Part shown: positions 38,408 to 48,629 of the stretch, in pieces
Numbering within the stretch: the stretch's first letter is position 1
Layout: each line of letters begins with the position of its first letter
Source of the DNA: Lachnospiraceae bacterium
GTDB lineage: Bacteria > Bacillota > Clostridia > Lachnospirales > Lachnospiraceae
DNA: 64,000 nucleotides
Direction of reading: 5' to 3'
NCBI GenBank assembly: GCA_021200475.1
Contig: JAJQGP010000003.1
Coordinates: 18,836-82,835, forward strand
Position numbers and translations under genes: made by a program
The notes under the pieces: model-generated
Seen by the model: the letters and a program-made list of their open reading frames with translations, nothing else
What the model was told of the DNA's origin: nothing
Database searches by the model: none

Positions 38408-38500
38408 TACATGAAACAGAGATGACTGGATGGATCCGCAGGAAGGCATGCTGCTGTCCTGCGGATTATCTATGCGCAGGGGCGCGAGAGGAAGATTAAG

Positions 38501-38863
38501 ATGAACGAATTTTACAAAGCAGTGGTTGATGCGGATGACGCGCCGATTGTAATCTGTGATACGGAACATACGATCGTTTATATGAACCCGACCGCCATAA
38601 AAAGATATGAAAAGCGCGGCGGGGAGAAATTGGTTGGCCGGTCGATCTTTGACTGCCATAACGCACATTCCAGAGAGATCATTCAGTCGGTGGTTGAGAA
38701 ATTCAGGGACAATGCGGATTTAGATAAGGTCTATACATACGCCAAAAACTGGGGCGGCGAGGACAGCGATGTCTATATGGTTGCCCTGAGGAACGGGAAG
38801 AGGGAACTGATCGGCTATTATGAGAAGCATGAGAGCCGGATCCATGAGACGGAGCGGCCCTGA
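38501..38863 (+). CDS. Stand-alone PAS-domain protein
   Basis: IVICDTEHTIVYMNP...LVGRSIFDCH PAS-like pattern. Confidence 0.8.
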   Translation: MNEFYKAVVDADDAPIVICDTEHTIVYMNPTAIKRYEKRGGEKLVGRSIFDCHNAHSREIIQSVVEKFRDNADLDKVYTYAKNWGGEDSDVYMVALRNGKRELIGYYEKHESRIHETERP

Positions 38864-39023
38864 AAAATCTTAAGGAAATCTTCACATGGATGCAAAGAAA
38901 ATTCTGATTCGATAAGCTATAATGAAGTCAGAAAAAGAACGGGAACGGCGTTTTTTGTTTGTTGAAGAATCAGAAAATCTGGTAACTGGGAGCGGTTTCG
39001 TACATTCGTGGGAGGAAAAGAAA

Positions 39024-39722
39024 ATGAGAAAAAAAGGATTTGTTTTATTATGCCTGCTGGCTCTTTTTTCATCAGGAACAGTGTATGCCGAAGAGAGCAG
39101 GGCTTCGATCCTGCCGCTGCCGGCGGCAATTGATCTGGAAGCCATCGGGGATGGCATTCCGTATACCATACGGATTGTGCGCAGCGATCTTTCGGTTTTT
39201 GAGGGTCCCGGATATGATTATAGCTGCTGTAGCGCGATCTGGGAGAGCGGTACCTATACGATTGTTGAGGAAGCGCAGGATGAAGAAGGCAGCCTCTGGG
39301 GAAAGCTGAAATCCGGCATTGGCTGGGTGAATCTGGAGGAAGCAGTAAGCGAAGAAGCGGCGCAGTTCCCAATTACAGCGGTGTATGCAGAGGAGCAGAT
39401 GCTGGAAGAATACCGCTGCGTGGAATATCAGGCCACCGATTCGGAACAGCTTGTGAAGGTGGCGTTTCGCCCCAATGAGGCGCTTAAGGACGTGAAGCTT
39501 TCTCTGCTTGCATACGGCGAGGACGGCACCTGGGAGCTGGGAGAGGAGCTGTACGTATTGTCTGAGCTGCTGCCCGGGATGGCTTTTGTGGCAGGCGTTG
39601 AGTTCTATGGTGATATGACGGCCTATGGAATTTCCTTCACGGATGCGGACGGTTCGGAACGCAGCTTTGCGGTTCATATCAGCGGCAGAAATGGAGAACT
39701 TCTTCTGGATGAGTATAAGTAG
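39024..39722 (+). CDS. Secreted protein with SH3-like domain
   Basis: Signal peptide MRKKGFVLLCLLALF..VYA; GPG....; WGKLKSGIGWVNL SH3b-type motif. Confidence 0.7.
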   Translation: MRKKGFVLLCLLALFSSGTVYAEESRASILPLPAAIDLEAIGDGIPYTIRIVRSDLSVFEGPGYDYSCCSAIWESGTYTIVEEAQDEEGSLWGKLKSGIGWVNLEEAVSEEAAQFPITAVYAEEQMLEEYRCVEYQATDSEQLVKVAFRPNEALKDVKLSLLAYGEDGTWELGEELYVLSELLPGMAFVAGVEFYGDMTAYGISFTDADGSERSFAVHISGRNGELLLDEYK

Positions 39723-40074
39723 TTACTGGTCATACCCTGACCAGATTTACCTTATTTTGTAACAGTTCAGGATAAAAACAAAGCACGGGCAGGGAGAAAA
39801 TCTCCCTGCTCGATTCTGTTCCGGGTTTGTTCTGGCGGTGCTACAGGTCACACCTGTAGTGGCTAAAAGAACGTAAATTGGTCAAGGTGTGACCTGTAAC
39901 CTGGCGTTACTGGTCACAACCCGACCACGCACTTGCTGCGTGGTCAGGGTTGAAAACGTAGTGGAAACAGCATCCGGCCCCATCGCGCAGCGATTTCAAT
40001 TGGCCGGATGCCGTTATAGGTCACACCCGTAGAGGTAAAAATAAGGTTAATTTGGTCGGGGTGTGACCTGTAAC
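39722..40074. repeat. Mosaic cluster of family-B elements (39722-39770 partial, 39840-39900, 39906-39955 variant, 40013-40074) with a C-like hairpin at 39786-39816
   Basis: Repeated GTTAC(A/T)GGTCACAC ends and GGTGTGACCTGTAAC ends. Confidence 0.85.
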
Positions 40075-40200
40075 AACCTGGCGGAAAAAGAAAAGAGGGC
40101 GGTCAGGTTCTGCTTGCAGAAGAGAGAAAATACAGGTATAATCTGTGAAAATGAAAAGAGGTCTGGATGATAGACCGGATGAACTGGAGGAATTATCAGG

Positions 40201-43200
40201 ATGCGATTATTCAATGACAACTGGGAATTTTCAAAAAATGAAGAAGCATTTTCTCCTGTAGGTCTGCCCCATGACTGGGCGATTGCCGGTACGGAAACAT
40301 TTTATGAGGATGCTCTTGGCCGTTACAGGAAATTTTTTACATGGAAGAGACAGCCGGATGAACGGGTTTTTCTGCGCTTTGACGGTGTATATATGGACAG
40401 CCGCTATTATCTGAATGGAGTGCTTGTCTGGGAGTGGAAGTATGGGTATTCCGCATTTGAGTTTGAGATTACGGATGCTCTGAAGGAGGGGGAGAATGAG
40501 CTCCTGGTGACGGTGGATTTCCGCAATCCGAACAGCCGCTGGTATTCCGGCGCGGGTATTTACCGGAACGTGTGGCTGCGTACGACGCACGAGCAATACC
40601 TGGCCGCCGATGGCATATACTTCCATACGGAACGGCGCCCATCGCGAAAGAATTCCGGAACGGACGCTGCGGTCTGCTGCCAATCGCAGGGAAGGAGCGA
40701 TTCCATACGGCGAAAGGATCTGGAAACGGACTCTGCGTCAGGAGAGCTCTGGGAGGTTCAGCTTCAGGTGGAGGTATGGGGATCAGGAGTGGAAGTGGAG
40801 GTTGCGCTTCTGGACGGAGAGAATACCGTCTTTTTGTCCGGAAAAGGAGAATTGCAGCCGAAGGAGGAAGCATATTCCCTTTATCGCTTCTGCGGTCAGG
40901 TGGAGAACCCGGTGCTCTGGGATATTGAGAATCCGTATCTATACTGTCTGCGTGTGGATTTGCTTCGGGATGGCGAGGTCATCCAGCGTAAGGAGCAGAT
41001 GATCGGATTCCGCACGACGGAATTTACCCCGGAGGAAGGGTTCTTATTAAATGGAAGAAAGGTGAAGCTGAACGGTGTCTGCGATCACCATGACCTCGGC
41101 TGCCTGGGCAGTGCATTTCATCCGCAGGCGATGGAACGGAAGCTGCGGATTTTAAAGGAGATGGGAACCAATGCGCTTCGCCTGTCTCATAATATGCCGG
41201 CGGCGGGACTGATGGAGCTGACGGACCGGCTGGGGATTCTGGTGGTATCGGAGGCGTTTGATATGTGGGAATCGCCAAAGACCCCCTACGATTACGCGCG
41301 GTTTTTCCCGGAATGGTATCAGGCGGATGTGGCGAGCTGGATTCGGCGAGACCGGAACCGGCCGAGTGTGATCATGTGGAGCATTGGAAATGAGATTCAT
41401 GATACGCATGCCAGTGAAAAGGGACAGGAATGGACGCGCCGCCTGCTCGCCGAGGTGGCGAAGCATGACCCGCTTAAAAATGCGCGCCCGACGATCGGCT
41501 CAAACTATATGCCGTGGGAGAACGCGCAGAAATGTGCGGATATTGTGAAGCTGGCGGGCTATAATTACGGGGCAAATTATTATGAGGAACATCACCGAAA
41601 ACATCCCGACTGGGTGATTTATGGGAGCGAGACGGGGTCGGTGGTGCAGAGCCGGGGAATTTACCATTTCCCGTACACGAAATCGGTACTGGCGGATGAG
41701 GATCAGCAATGCTCTTCCCTGGGAAATTCGACGACAAGCTGGGGTGCGAAATCGCATGAGGAGTGCATCGCGGCGGAGTGGGAGCATCCGTATTCCTGCG
41801 GGCAGTTTTTGTGGTCCGGATTTGATTACATCGGGGAGCCAACCCCCTATCATACGAAAAATTCTTATTTTGGCCAGGTGGATACGGCGGGCTTCCCGAA
41901 GGATTCGTATTACTGCTATCAGGCAGCCTGGACGGATTACCGGAAAAAGCCGATGGTGCACCTGTTTCCTTACTGGGATTATAACGAAGGACAGGAGATC
42001 GATGTGTGCGTGTATTCGAATGCGCCCGCGGTAGAGCTGTTTCTGAACGGGGAAAGCCAGGGAATCAGGGTCTTACACAGCAGAGGAGGCGATACGGACG
42101 GTGCTGTCCTCTGCCAGGAAAAATCCGCAAAGCCGGAGGAGCTGCATGCGCGGTCAGAGAAGGACCGCCGTATTTCCGCGACCTGGCGCATGCTTTACCG
42201 GGCGGGCGAGATCCGCGCGAAAGCATATGACGAAAATGGAAGGCTGATTGCGGAGGATGCGCATCGGTCTTTTGGTGAATCTGCGAAAATCATCCTGACG
42301 CCGTCTTTGCCGCAGAATCCTGTGTGCAGTGTGCCCGAAACGGATGCCGTCCCCTGCCGCAGGCAGCAGGGGAGGGGCGATTCCCTGCTGCCGGGAAGAC
42401 TGACGGCGAATGGCAATGATCTGCTTTTTGTAGAAATTACCATGGAAGACGCGCAGGGAAATCCGGTAGAAAACGCGGTAAATCGGGTAAAGGTATCTGT
42501 GACAGGCGCAGGTGCACTGGTCGGCACGGATAATGGGGACAGTACCGACCGGGAGAGCTATAAAAGCGGCAGCCGCAGGCTGTTTAGCGGCAAATTGCTT
42601 GCGGTGGCTAAGACCGGAATGAAAGCCGGTGAACTGGTGATGACCGTCACTTCACCGGGACTGCCGGCGGCGGTGCTGACTGTGCCGGTGGCGGAAGGAA
42701 CACCGGAACCGGGCAGCAGTCCGCTGGCCTATCTGGCGGACCCGGCGGGCCTGGAAACAGAGAATGATATCATTGGCGGGGAGGAAGCAGCAGCGGATGA
42801 CATTCCGGTGCGCGCGATCCGACTGAAAAGCATGGACGGGATTCACCTTACGAAGGAACATCCCAAGATCCTTGTGACCGCGACGATCTGTCCCGCATCC
42901 GCGACGGACCGGTCGCTGGCCTGGAGTGTTGTGGATGATGCCGGCATTCCGCTTTCCATTGCCGCGCTGGAACCGCTGGATGCTTCCTTCCGGCAGCCGG
43001 ATGCGGATGCATGCGTTCTTGTCCGGGCGAAGAGTGATGGCAAATTCCGCCTGCGCTGTACCTCCCGGAGCGGGAAAAAAGAGGTGCGCATGATTTCCCA
43101 GCTGGAATTTACCGCGGAAGGTCTGGGAACTGCGTTCCTGGATCCATATGGTTTTATTACAGGCGGCCTCTATGACTACAGCCAGGGCGAACCGGGAAAC

Positions 43201-43896
43201 GGAAATGAACACGGGGTGGCGACCGGGCGCGACGGGGAGACACAGGTGGGGTACCATTTCATCGACTTCGGACCGGAGGGCTCCAATGAGATCACCCTGC
43301 CGATTTTCGCACTGGAGGGAGAACCGCACCGGATTCAGATTTATGAAGGGATGCCTGGTGAGGACGGCGCGGAGCTGATCGGGGATGTCGTCTATCAGAA
43401 GCCGTCGATCTGGAACACCTATCAGGCGGAAACCTATCGTCTGAAGTGGCATCTGCGGGGGGTGACAAGCCTGTGCTTTGTCCTGCAGGAGAAGATTCAT
43501 ATTAAGGGCTTTTCGTTTGCCCGTCAGATCCGCGCGTATGAGCAGCAGAATGCATATGACTGCATCAATGTCTACGGTGACTGCTTTGCGCGGGATGGCG
43601 AGTGGGTGCGCGGGATCGGAAACAATGTCACGCTGGAGTTTGGCGAGATGGATTTTGGGGAAGAAGGCGCCGTCCGGATTACGATTGCCGGCTGGACGCC
43701 GCTTGAGAAAAACAGCATTGTTTTACGTTTGGAAGCAGACGCCCAGGAGCGTGTTGTATTGGAATATACGGGCGGACAGGAAGAACAGAGCTTCGCGGTC
43801 GGGCCAATCCGCGGGAAACAGAAGGTGAGCTTTGTCTTTCTGCCGGGCTGTCAGTTCGATTTCCACTGGTTTCAATTTACCGGAGCGCAGGCATAG
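40201..43896 (+). CDS. Large GH2 glycosidase (beta-galactosidase-like)
   Basis: LRFDGVY, RWYSGAGIYR, NALRLSHN, WSIGNEI, YGSE, WSGFDYIGEP. Confidence 0.9.
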   Translation: MRLFNDNWEFSKNEEAFSPVGLPHDWAIAGTETFYEDALGRYRKFFTWKRQPDERVFLRFDGVYMDSRYYLNGVLVWEWKYGYSAFEFEITDALKEGENELLVTVDFRNPNSRWYSGAGIYRNVWLRTTHEQYLAADGIYFHTERRPSRKNSGTDAAVCCQSQGRSDSIRRKDLETDSASGELWEVQLQVEVWGSGVEVEVALLDGENTVFLSGKGELQPKEEAYSLYRFCGQVENPVLWDIENPYLYCLRVDLLRDGEVIQRKEQMIGFRTTEFTPEEGFLLNGRKVKLNGVCDHHDLGCLGSAFHPQAMERKLRILKEMGTNALRLSHNMPAAGLMELTDRLGILVVSEAFDMWESPKTPYDYARFFPEWYQADVASWIRRDRNRPSVIMWSIGNEIHDTHASEKGQEWTRRLLAEVAKHDPLKNARPTIGSNYMPWENAQKCADIVKLAGYNYGANYYEEHHRKHPDWVIYGSETGSVVQSRGIYHFPYTKSVLADEDQQCSSLGNSTTSWGAKSHEECIAAEWEHPYSCGQFLWSGFDYIGEPTPYHTKNSYFGQVDTAGFPKDSYYCYQAAWTDYRKKPMVHLFPYWDYNEGQEIDVCVYSNAPAVELFLNGESQGIRVLHSRGGDTDGAVLCQEKSAKPEELHARSEKDRRISATWRMLYRAGEIRAKAYDENGRLIAEDAHRSFGESAKIILTPSLPQNPVCSVPETDAVPCRRQQGRGDSLLPGRLTANGNDLLFVEITMEDAQGNPVENAVNRVKVSVTGAGALVGTDNGDSTDRESYKSGSRRLFSGKLLAVAKTGMKAGELVMTVTSPGLPAAVLTVPVAEGTPEPGSSPLAYLADPAGLETENDIIGGEEAAADDIPVRAIRLKSMDGIHLTKEHPKILVTATICPASATDRSLAWSVVDDAGIPLSIAALEPLDASFRQPDADACVLVRAKSDGKFRLRCTSRSGKKEVRMISQLEFTAEGLGTAFLDPYGFITGGLYDYSQGEPGNGNEHGVATGRDGETQVGYHFIDFGPEGSNEITLPIFALEGEPHRIQIYEGMPGEDGAELIGDVVYQKPSIWNTYQAETYRLKWHLRGVTSLCFVLQEKIHIKGFSFARQIRAYEQQNAYDCINVYGDCFARDGEWVRGIGNNVTLEFGEMDFGEEGAVRITIAGWTPLEKNSIVLRLEADAQERVVLEYTGGQEEQSFAVGPIRGKQKVSFVFLPGCQFDFHWFQFTGAQA

Positions 43897-44045
43897 ATGC
43901 AGGGAGAAAAACGATACCGTTTAAGCAAAAAGTGAGCAGTGGAAAGCAATTATTTTGGAGCAGAAAAGAGAGAAACTTTTTATAATAGACTGATCGGAAG
44001 AAGTCAACGATAGGAATAACGGAATTGGAAGGGACGGATCGTTTT

Positions 44046-47000
44046 ATGGCGGAACTGAGGCTGGAAGGCTACATAAATGTGATTCTGGATCCCGCGGCTG
44101 CGCAGGGAATTCGCAGGATTGGAGCAAAGGTGGCCGTGGATGTTGAAGCGGTAACGGGAGCAAAGAGCCAGATTATTATGCCGGGAGGGCATTTGCCGCA
44201 GGCAATTCTGGTCGCGGAGCTGGGACATGATGCGCTGGCAGATGTTCTGGTGGAGCGAATCCCGGAGCTTGGCACACTGAAGGACAAATGGGAGAGCTAT
44301 GGCTTTTATCTGGTGGAGCATCCGCTGCCGGAGGTGGAGCAGGGACTTGTGATTGTGGGAAGTGACCGGATTGGCACCATTTACGGAATGTTCCATCTGT
44401 CAGAGCTCCTCGGCGTGACTGCGTGGGGCTTTTGGGGAGATGCCAGGCCGCCGAAGCTGGGAAGTGTGCTTCTGACGGATCAGGAGAGGGTGCAGCCGGA
44501 AGAGACGGCAGTTTCTGAAGCAGGCAGGTATCCTTACAACAAGGCCAAAACGGACAAAACAGCCATGTATCTTTCGGCGGCTGGAATGAGCGGCTTTCTG
44601 AATGACCAGCAGCCCCCTCAGACACCGTGCGATGCGGCTGTCATTCCGGTAAAAAATGGGATTTCAAAAGAGCCTTCGGTGAAATACCGCGGATTTTTTA
44701 TTAACGATGAATGGCCGTGCTTTGGCAGCTGGACGTTTTCTCACTATAAGGGGTTCACTGCCGAGATGTATGACAGAATATTTGAATATCTGCTGCGCAT
44801 GAAGGGAAATTATCTGTGGCCAGCCATGTGGTCTTCTTCCTTTTTGCTGGACGGGCCGGGGCTTGCCTCCATGGAGCTGGCGACGGAATACGGTATTTTT
44901 ATCGGGATGTCCCATCATGAGCCGTGTATGCGCTCCGGTGAGGAGTTTTCCATTTTTAAGGGCGAGCATTCCCCTTATGGAAAGGACTGGAGCTATGAGA
45001 AGAATAAGGAAGGGCTGCTGAAGTTCTGGGAGGACGGCTTGAGCCGTGTGAAAGGGCAGAATATTTTCCCAACGATCGGTATGCGCGGGGAGAATGATTC
45101 GAAGATGCTGGGTGAGGATTCGACCGTGCAGGAAAATGTCCGCCAGCTAAAGGAGATCATCACGGAGCAGAGAAAGCTGATTGCAAAACATATTAACCCG
45201 GATCTGAAGCAGGTGCCGCAGCTCCTTGCCATTTATAAGGAAGTAGAGGATTACTTTTTTGGAAACAGCGAGTCTGCGGGACTGCGGGATTTTGAAGAGC
45301 TGGACAATGTGACGCTGATGTTCTGCGAAGACAATTTCAACAACATGCGTGCGCTGCCGCAGGACTTCTGCCGCTGTGTGGATGACGGGCAGACGGCGGA
45401 TGGAAAGCTGCGCTCTCATGCGGGCGGCTATGGGATGTATTATCATGTGGATTACCACGGCAGCCCGATTTCCTATGAGTGGGTGAACTCTACGCCGCTT
45501 ACGAAAATCTGGGAGCAGATGACACAGGCCTGGGAATATGGCATTCGTGAAGTCTGGATTCTCAACGTCGGCGATGTCAAATTTAATGAATATCCGCTGG
45601 GGTATTTTCTGTCGCTGGCGTACGACTTTGAAACTTACGGGTGTGCGGACCCGACGAAGCCTTCCTGTGATGCTTTGCATCGTAAAAACGCAGATGTGCC
45701 CGGCAGCGCGCAGATGGCGGAGGCTTCCAAGGGGCAGGCTGCGGAAGCATTTTATGGAAGAAAAGGCTATGAAAACACGCTTGCCTATCCTGCAGTCTGG
45801 GTGCGTTCCCTGTTTGACGCTTACGCAGACGAAGAGCAGCTGACCGATATTACCTGGGTGCTGGAAGAGTCCACGCGGCTTCACAGTCTGCGCAGGGCGG
45901 AGGCATTGAACGATACGATTTACCACCCGGCGCACTACGGGGAGGCGAAGAGAATGCTGACCCGTGCGGAAGCGCTGGAGAAGAAAAATGAGGAACTGCG
46001 GGGAATGCTTGAGAAGACGCCCTGCGGGGATGGATACTACAGTATCATTTATTTTCCGGCGGCCGGTATCGCGAATCTTCTGAAAATGCACCTGTATGCA
46101 GGACTGAATCATCTGTACAGCGCACAGGGCAAGGCGGCCGCGAACCAGTATGGAGAAAAGCTGGAAGCCTGCATGGAAAGAGATCGGGCGCTTGCAGCGG
46201 AGATGGCTGCATTTAAAGGCGGAAAATGGAGCGGTATGGAGCGCGAAGAGCATATCGGTTTTGTAAACTGGAATGATGAGGATTACCGCTATCCGGTGCG
46301 TCATGTGATGACACTCCCGAATCACCCGCGTCTGGTGGTATCGCGCGCGGATCGGACGCAGACCTTTACAAATCAGTATTTTCCGGTGCCGCTGGTGATT
46401 GACGATTTCCGGAATGCCGGAGCTGATGAGGTAGTCCTTGAGATCGCAAATGGCGGCCAGGGCGCAGTTGACTGGAAGATTGAGGGAGCAGACGACTGCT
46501 TTGAGATTACCCCGAAGGAAGGCCGCACGGAGCTGATCACGGAAGTGCGGATCCGTTTCCTGCGGGAGCGGTTTCTGGAAAAGAGGCGCGCCGATGCGTC
46601 CGCGCAGGAAAAGCAGGATTCTTTCTGCGGGCATGAAGCGGCAGTTCACAGCGAAGGGTGTGACAGCGCAGAATTCCCGTGTGCGGTTGTCGCCGGACGG
46701 GAGCGTGTGCCGCTGCTGCTCCGGGCGGGAATAAAAGATCTGGAGGCGGTGCCGGACGGAGCATTCCTGGTTCAGGATGGCATCTGCGTCTGGGATGCAG
46801 CTGCGTTTACGGATCATACCTCCATCGGCAGTGCCGCCTTCCAGGTGCTGGAGGAGTACGGAAAATACGATTCAGCCGTGAAGGTCTTCCCGACTACGGT
46901 GCGATTTGGAAAAGAAGAGTGGAGCCAGAGTGCTGCGCCGTCTCTCACCTATGAAATCTGGGCGGAGGAGGCCGGAGCGTATTGTCTGACGCTGCATACC

Positions 47001-47312
47001 TCCCCGGCAAATCCGCTCATCTACGGCGGGAAGCTTCGTGTGGGCCTGGCGGTCAACGGAGCGAATCCGGAGACGGTGACCATCACCGGCGAGGGCTACC
47101 GGGGCGGCGATCCGGGCTGCGCCGCATGGTGTCAGGCGGTGCTTGACCAGGAGCATAAAGCGAATACGTGTGTAAGCCTGCGGGAAGGCTTAAACCGGAT
47201 TACCGTTTACGCAGGGGATGCCGGGATTGCGCTGGAACGCTTTACCCTGGTAAAAGAGGGGGCGGAGCTTCTGCCGTCCTATCTGGGAGCAGATGTCAGC
47301 TATCGAAAGTAG
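44046..47312 (+). CDS. GH115 alpha-glucuronidase
   Basis: EPSVKYRGFFINDEWP, YLWPAMW, SHHEPC, GMRG, GMYYHVDY, NVGDVK. Confidence 0.88.
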   Translation: MAELRLEGYINVILDPAAAQGIRRIGAKVAVDVEAVTGAKSQIIMPGGHLPQAILVAELGHDALADVLVERIPELGTLKDKWESYGFYLVEHPLPEVEQGLVIVGSDRIGTIYGMFHLSELLGVTAWGFWGDARPPKLGSVLLTDQERVQPEETAVSEAGRYPYNKAKTDKTAMYLSAAGMSGFLNDQQPPQTPCDAAVIPVKNGISKEPSVKYRGFFINDEWPCFGSWTFSHYKGFTAEMYDRIFEYLLRMKGNYLWPAMWSSSFLLDGPGLASMELATEYGIFIGMSHHEPCMRSGEEFSIFKGEHSPYGKDWSYEKNKEGLLKFWEDGLSRVKGQNIFPTIGMRGENDSKMLGEDSTVQENVRQLKEIITEQRKLIAKHINPDLKQVPQLLAIYKEVEDYFFGNSESAGLRDFEELDNVTLMFCEDNFNNMRALPQDFCRCVDDGQTADGKLRSHAGGYGMYYHVDYHGSPISYEWVNSTPLTKIWEQMTQAWEYGIREVWILNVGDVKFNEYPLGYFLSLAYDFETYGCADPTKPSCDALHRKNADVPGSAQMAEASKGQAAEAFYGRKGYENTLAYPAVWVRSLFDAYADEEQLTDITWVLEESTRLHSLRRAEALNDTIYHPAHYGEAKRMLTRAEALEKKNEELRGMLEKTPCGDGYYSIIYFPAAGIANLLKMHLYAGLNHLYSAQGKAAANQYGEKLEACMERDRALAAEMAAFKGGKWSGMEREEHIGFVNWNDEDYRYPVRHVMTLPNHPRLVVSRADRTQTFTNQYFPVPLVIDDFRNAGADEVVLEIANGGQGAVDWKIEGADDCFEITPKEGRTELITEVRIRFLRERFLEKRRADASAQEKQDSFCGHEAAVHSEGCDSAEFPCAVVAGRERVPLLLRAGIKDLEAVPDGAFLVQDGICVWDAAAFTDHTSIGSAAFQVLEEYGKYDSAVKVFPTTVRFGKEEWSQSAAPSLTYEIWAEEAGAYCLTLHTSPANPLIYGGKLRVGLAVNGANPETVTITGEGYRGGDPGCAAWCQAVLDQEHKANTCVSLREGLNRITVYAGDAGIALERFTLVKEGAELLPSYLGADVSYRK

Positions 47313-47368
47313 AAAAAGTGCGGGATGCCACCTGGCGTTTCCGATGCTTCAAAGAAAGGAGAGCAATT

Positions 47369-48418
47369 ATGAACGGAACAATGAAAACGGCGGTTATGAC
47401 AGATATCCGCAAGGTTGAGATTCAGAGACGGCCGATCCCGGTACCCGAAGAGGATGAGGTCCTGGTAAAAATCGAGTACGTAGGTATCTGCGGTTCTGAC
47501 CTGCACTATTATGAGGCGGGAAGAATCGGAGATTTTATCGTGGAACCGCCATTCGTGCTTGGACATGAGGCGGGCGGCACAGTCGTCGAGGTTGGCAGCA
47601 ATGTAAAAAACCTGAAGGTCGGCGACCGTGTGGCACTGGAACCGGGCAAGACCTGCGGGCACTGCGAATTCTGTAAACAGGGCAAGTATAACCTGTGTAA
47701 GGATGTGGTCTTCTTCGCTACGCCGCCGGTGGACGGTGTCTTTCAGGAGTATGTGGCGCATGAGGCAGGACTTTGCTTCAAGCTTCCGGAGAACGTAAGT
47801 ACGCTGGAGGGAGCGCTGATTGAGCCGCTGGCGGTCGGTATGCACGCAGCAAACCAGGGCGAGGCGCATCTGGGACAGACAGCGGTTGTAACCGGTGCCG
47901 GCTGCATCGGTCTGGTATCTCTTCTTTCTCTGAAAGCGAGAGGTGTTTCTAAAGTCATTGTTGTGGATGTGATGGACAAGCGCCTGGAGAAAGCGAAGGA
48001 GCTGGGCGCGGACGAGGTGATTAACGGTGCGAAGGAAGACACGGTGGCACGGATCGCTGAGATTACCGGTGGTGCGGGCTTTGATCTGGGCATTGAGACA
48101 GCCGGCTCACAGATCACAGCGCAGCAGCAGATCCGCGCGGCAAAGAAGGGTGCGACGATTGTCTTTGTAGGCTACAGCCCGTCCGGCGATATGACGCTTC
48201 CGATCGGAACTGCGCTTGACAAGGAGCTGACCTTTAAGACGGTCTTCCGCTACCGCAATATCTACCCGATGGCAATTGACGCGGTATCCTCCGGTAAAAT
48301 TCACATCAAAGATATCGTGACCAATTATTTTGAGCTGGATGACATCCAGAATGCGCTGGATTCCTGTGTGGACAATAAGGCGGAGATAGTAAAGGGCGTA
48401 ATCCGGGTTGCGGAATAA
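47369..48418 (+). CDS. Zn-dependent NAD(P) polyol dehydrogenase (sorbitol/xylitol dehydrogenase family)
   Basis: GICGSDLH, GHE, structural-zinc Cys cluster, FATPPVDG, GAGCIG; AGGAG SD before 47369. Confidence 0.9.
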   Translation: MNGTMKTAVMTDIRKVEIQRRPIPVPEEDEVLVKIEYVGICGSDLHYYEAGRIGDFIVEPPFVLGHEAGGTVVEVGSNVKNLKVGDRVALEPGKTCGHCEFCKQGKYNLCKDVVFFATPPVDGVFQEYVAHEAGLCFKLPENVSTLEGALIEPLAVGMHAANQGEAHLGQTAVVTGAGCIGLVSLLSLKARGVSKVIVVDVMDKRLEKAKELGADEVINGAKEDTVARIAEITGGAGFDLGIETAGSQITAQQQIRAAKKGATIVFVGYSPSGDMTLPIGTALDKELTFKTVFRYRNIYPMAIDAVSSGKIHIKDIVTNYFELDDIQNALDSCVDNKAEIVKGVIRVAE

Positions 48419-48449
48419 ACCCAGACCACGAGCGGTAATGAAAAGTCAC

Positions 48450-48564
48450 GTAACTATTCAAAGCAGCAGCCCGCAGGTTTACGCTCCGCTTCGGTCGGCG
48501 CTAAGCGAGCGCCACTGGCGCTCCGCACCTGTCTTTTCATTTCGATGCTGTTCTGAATTGTTAC
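48450..48564. repeat. Family-A element
   Basis: GTAACTATTCAAAGCAGCA...TGCTGTTCTGAATTGTTAC; internal hairpin GAGCGCC-ACT-GGCGCTC. Confidence 0.85.
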
Positions 48565-48629
48565 AAAGTCACATATGAAGAAACAGGCGGGATTCGCATG
48601 TCTGAGATTGTGCGAATCCCGTGAACATT

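Noticed and set aside
39722-40074. CRISPR array interpretation of the clustered repeats
   Set aside because: The units are inverted-repeat elements with irregular spacing and related cores rather than direct repeats with unique spacers, and there are no cas genes.
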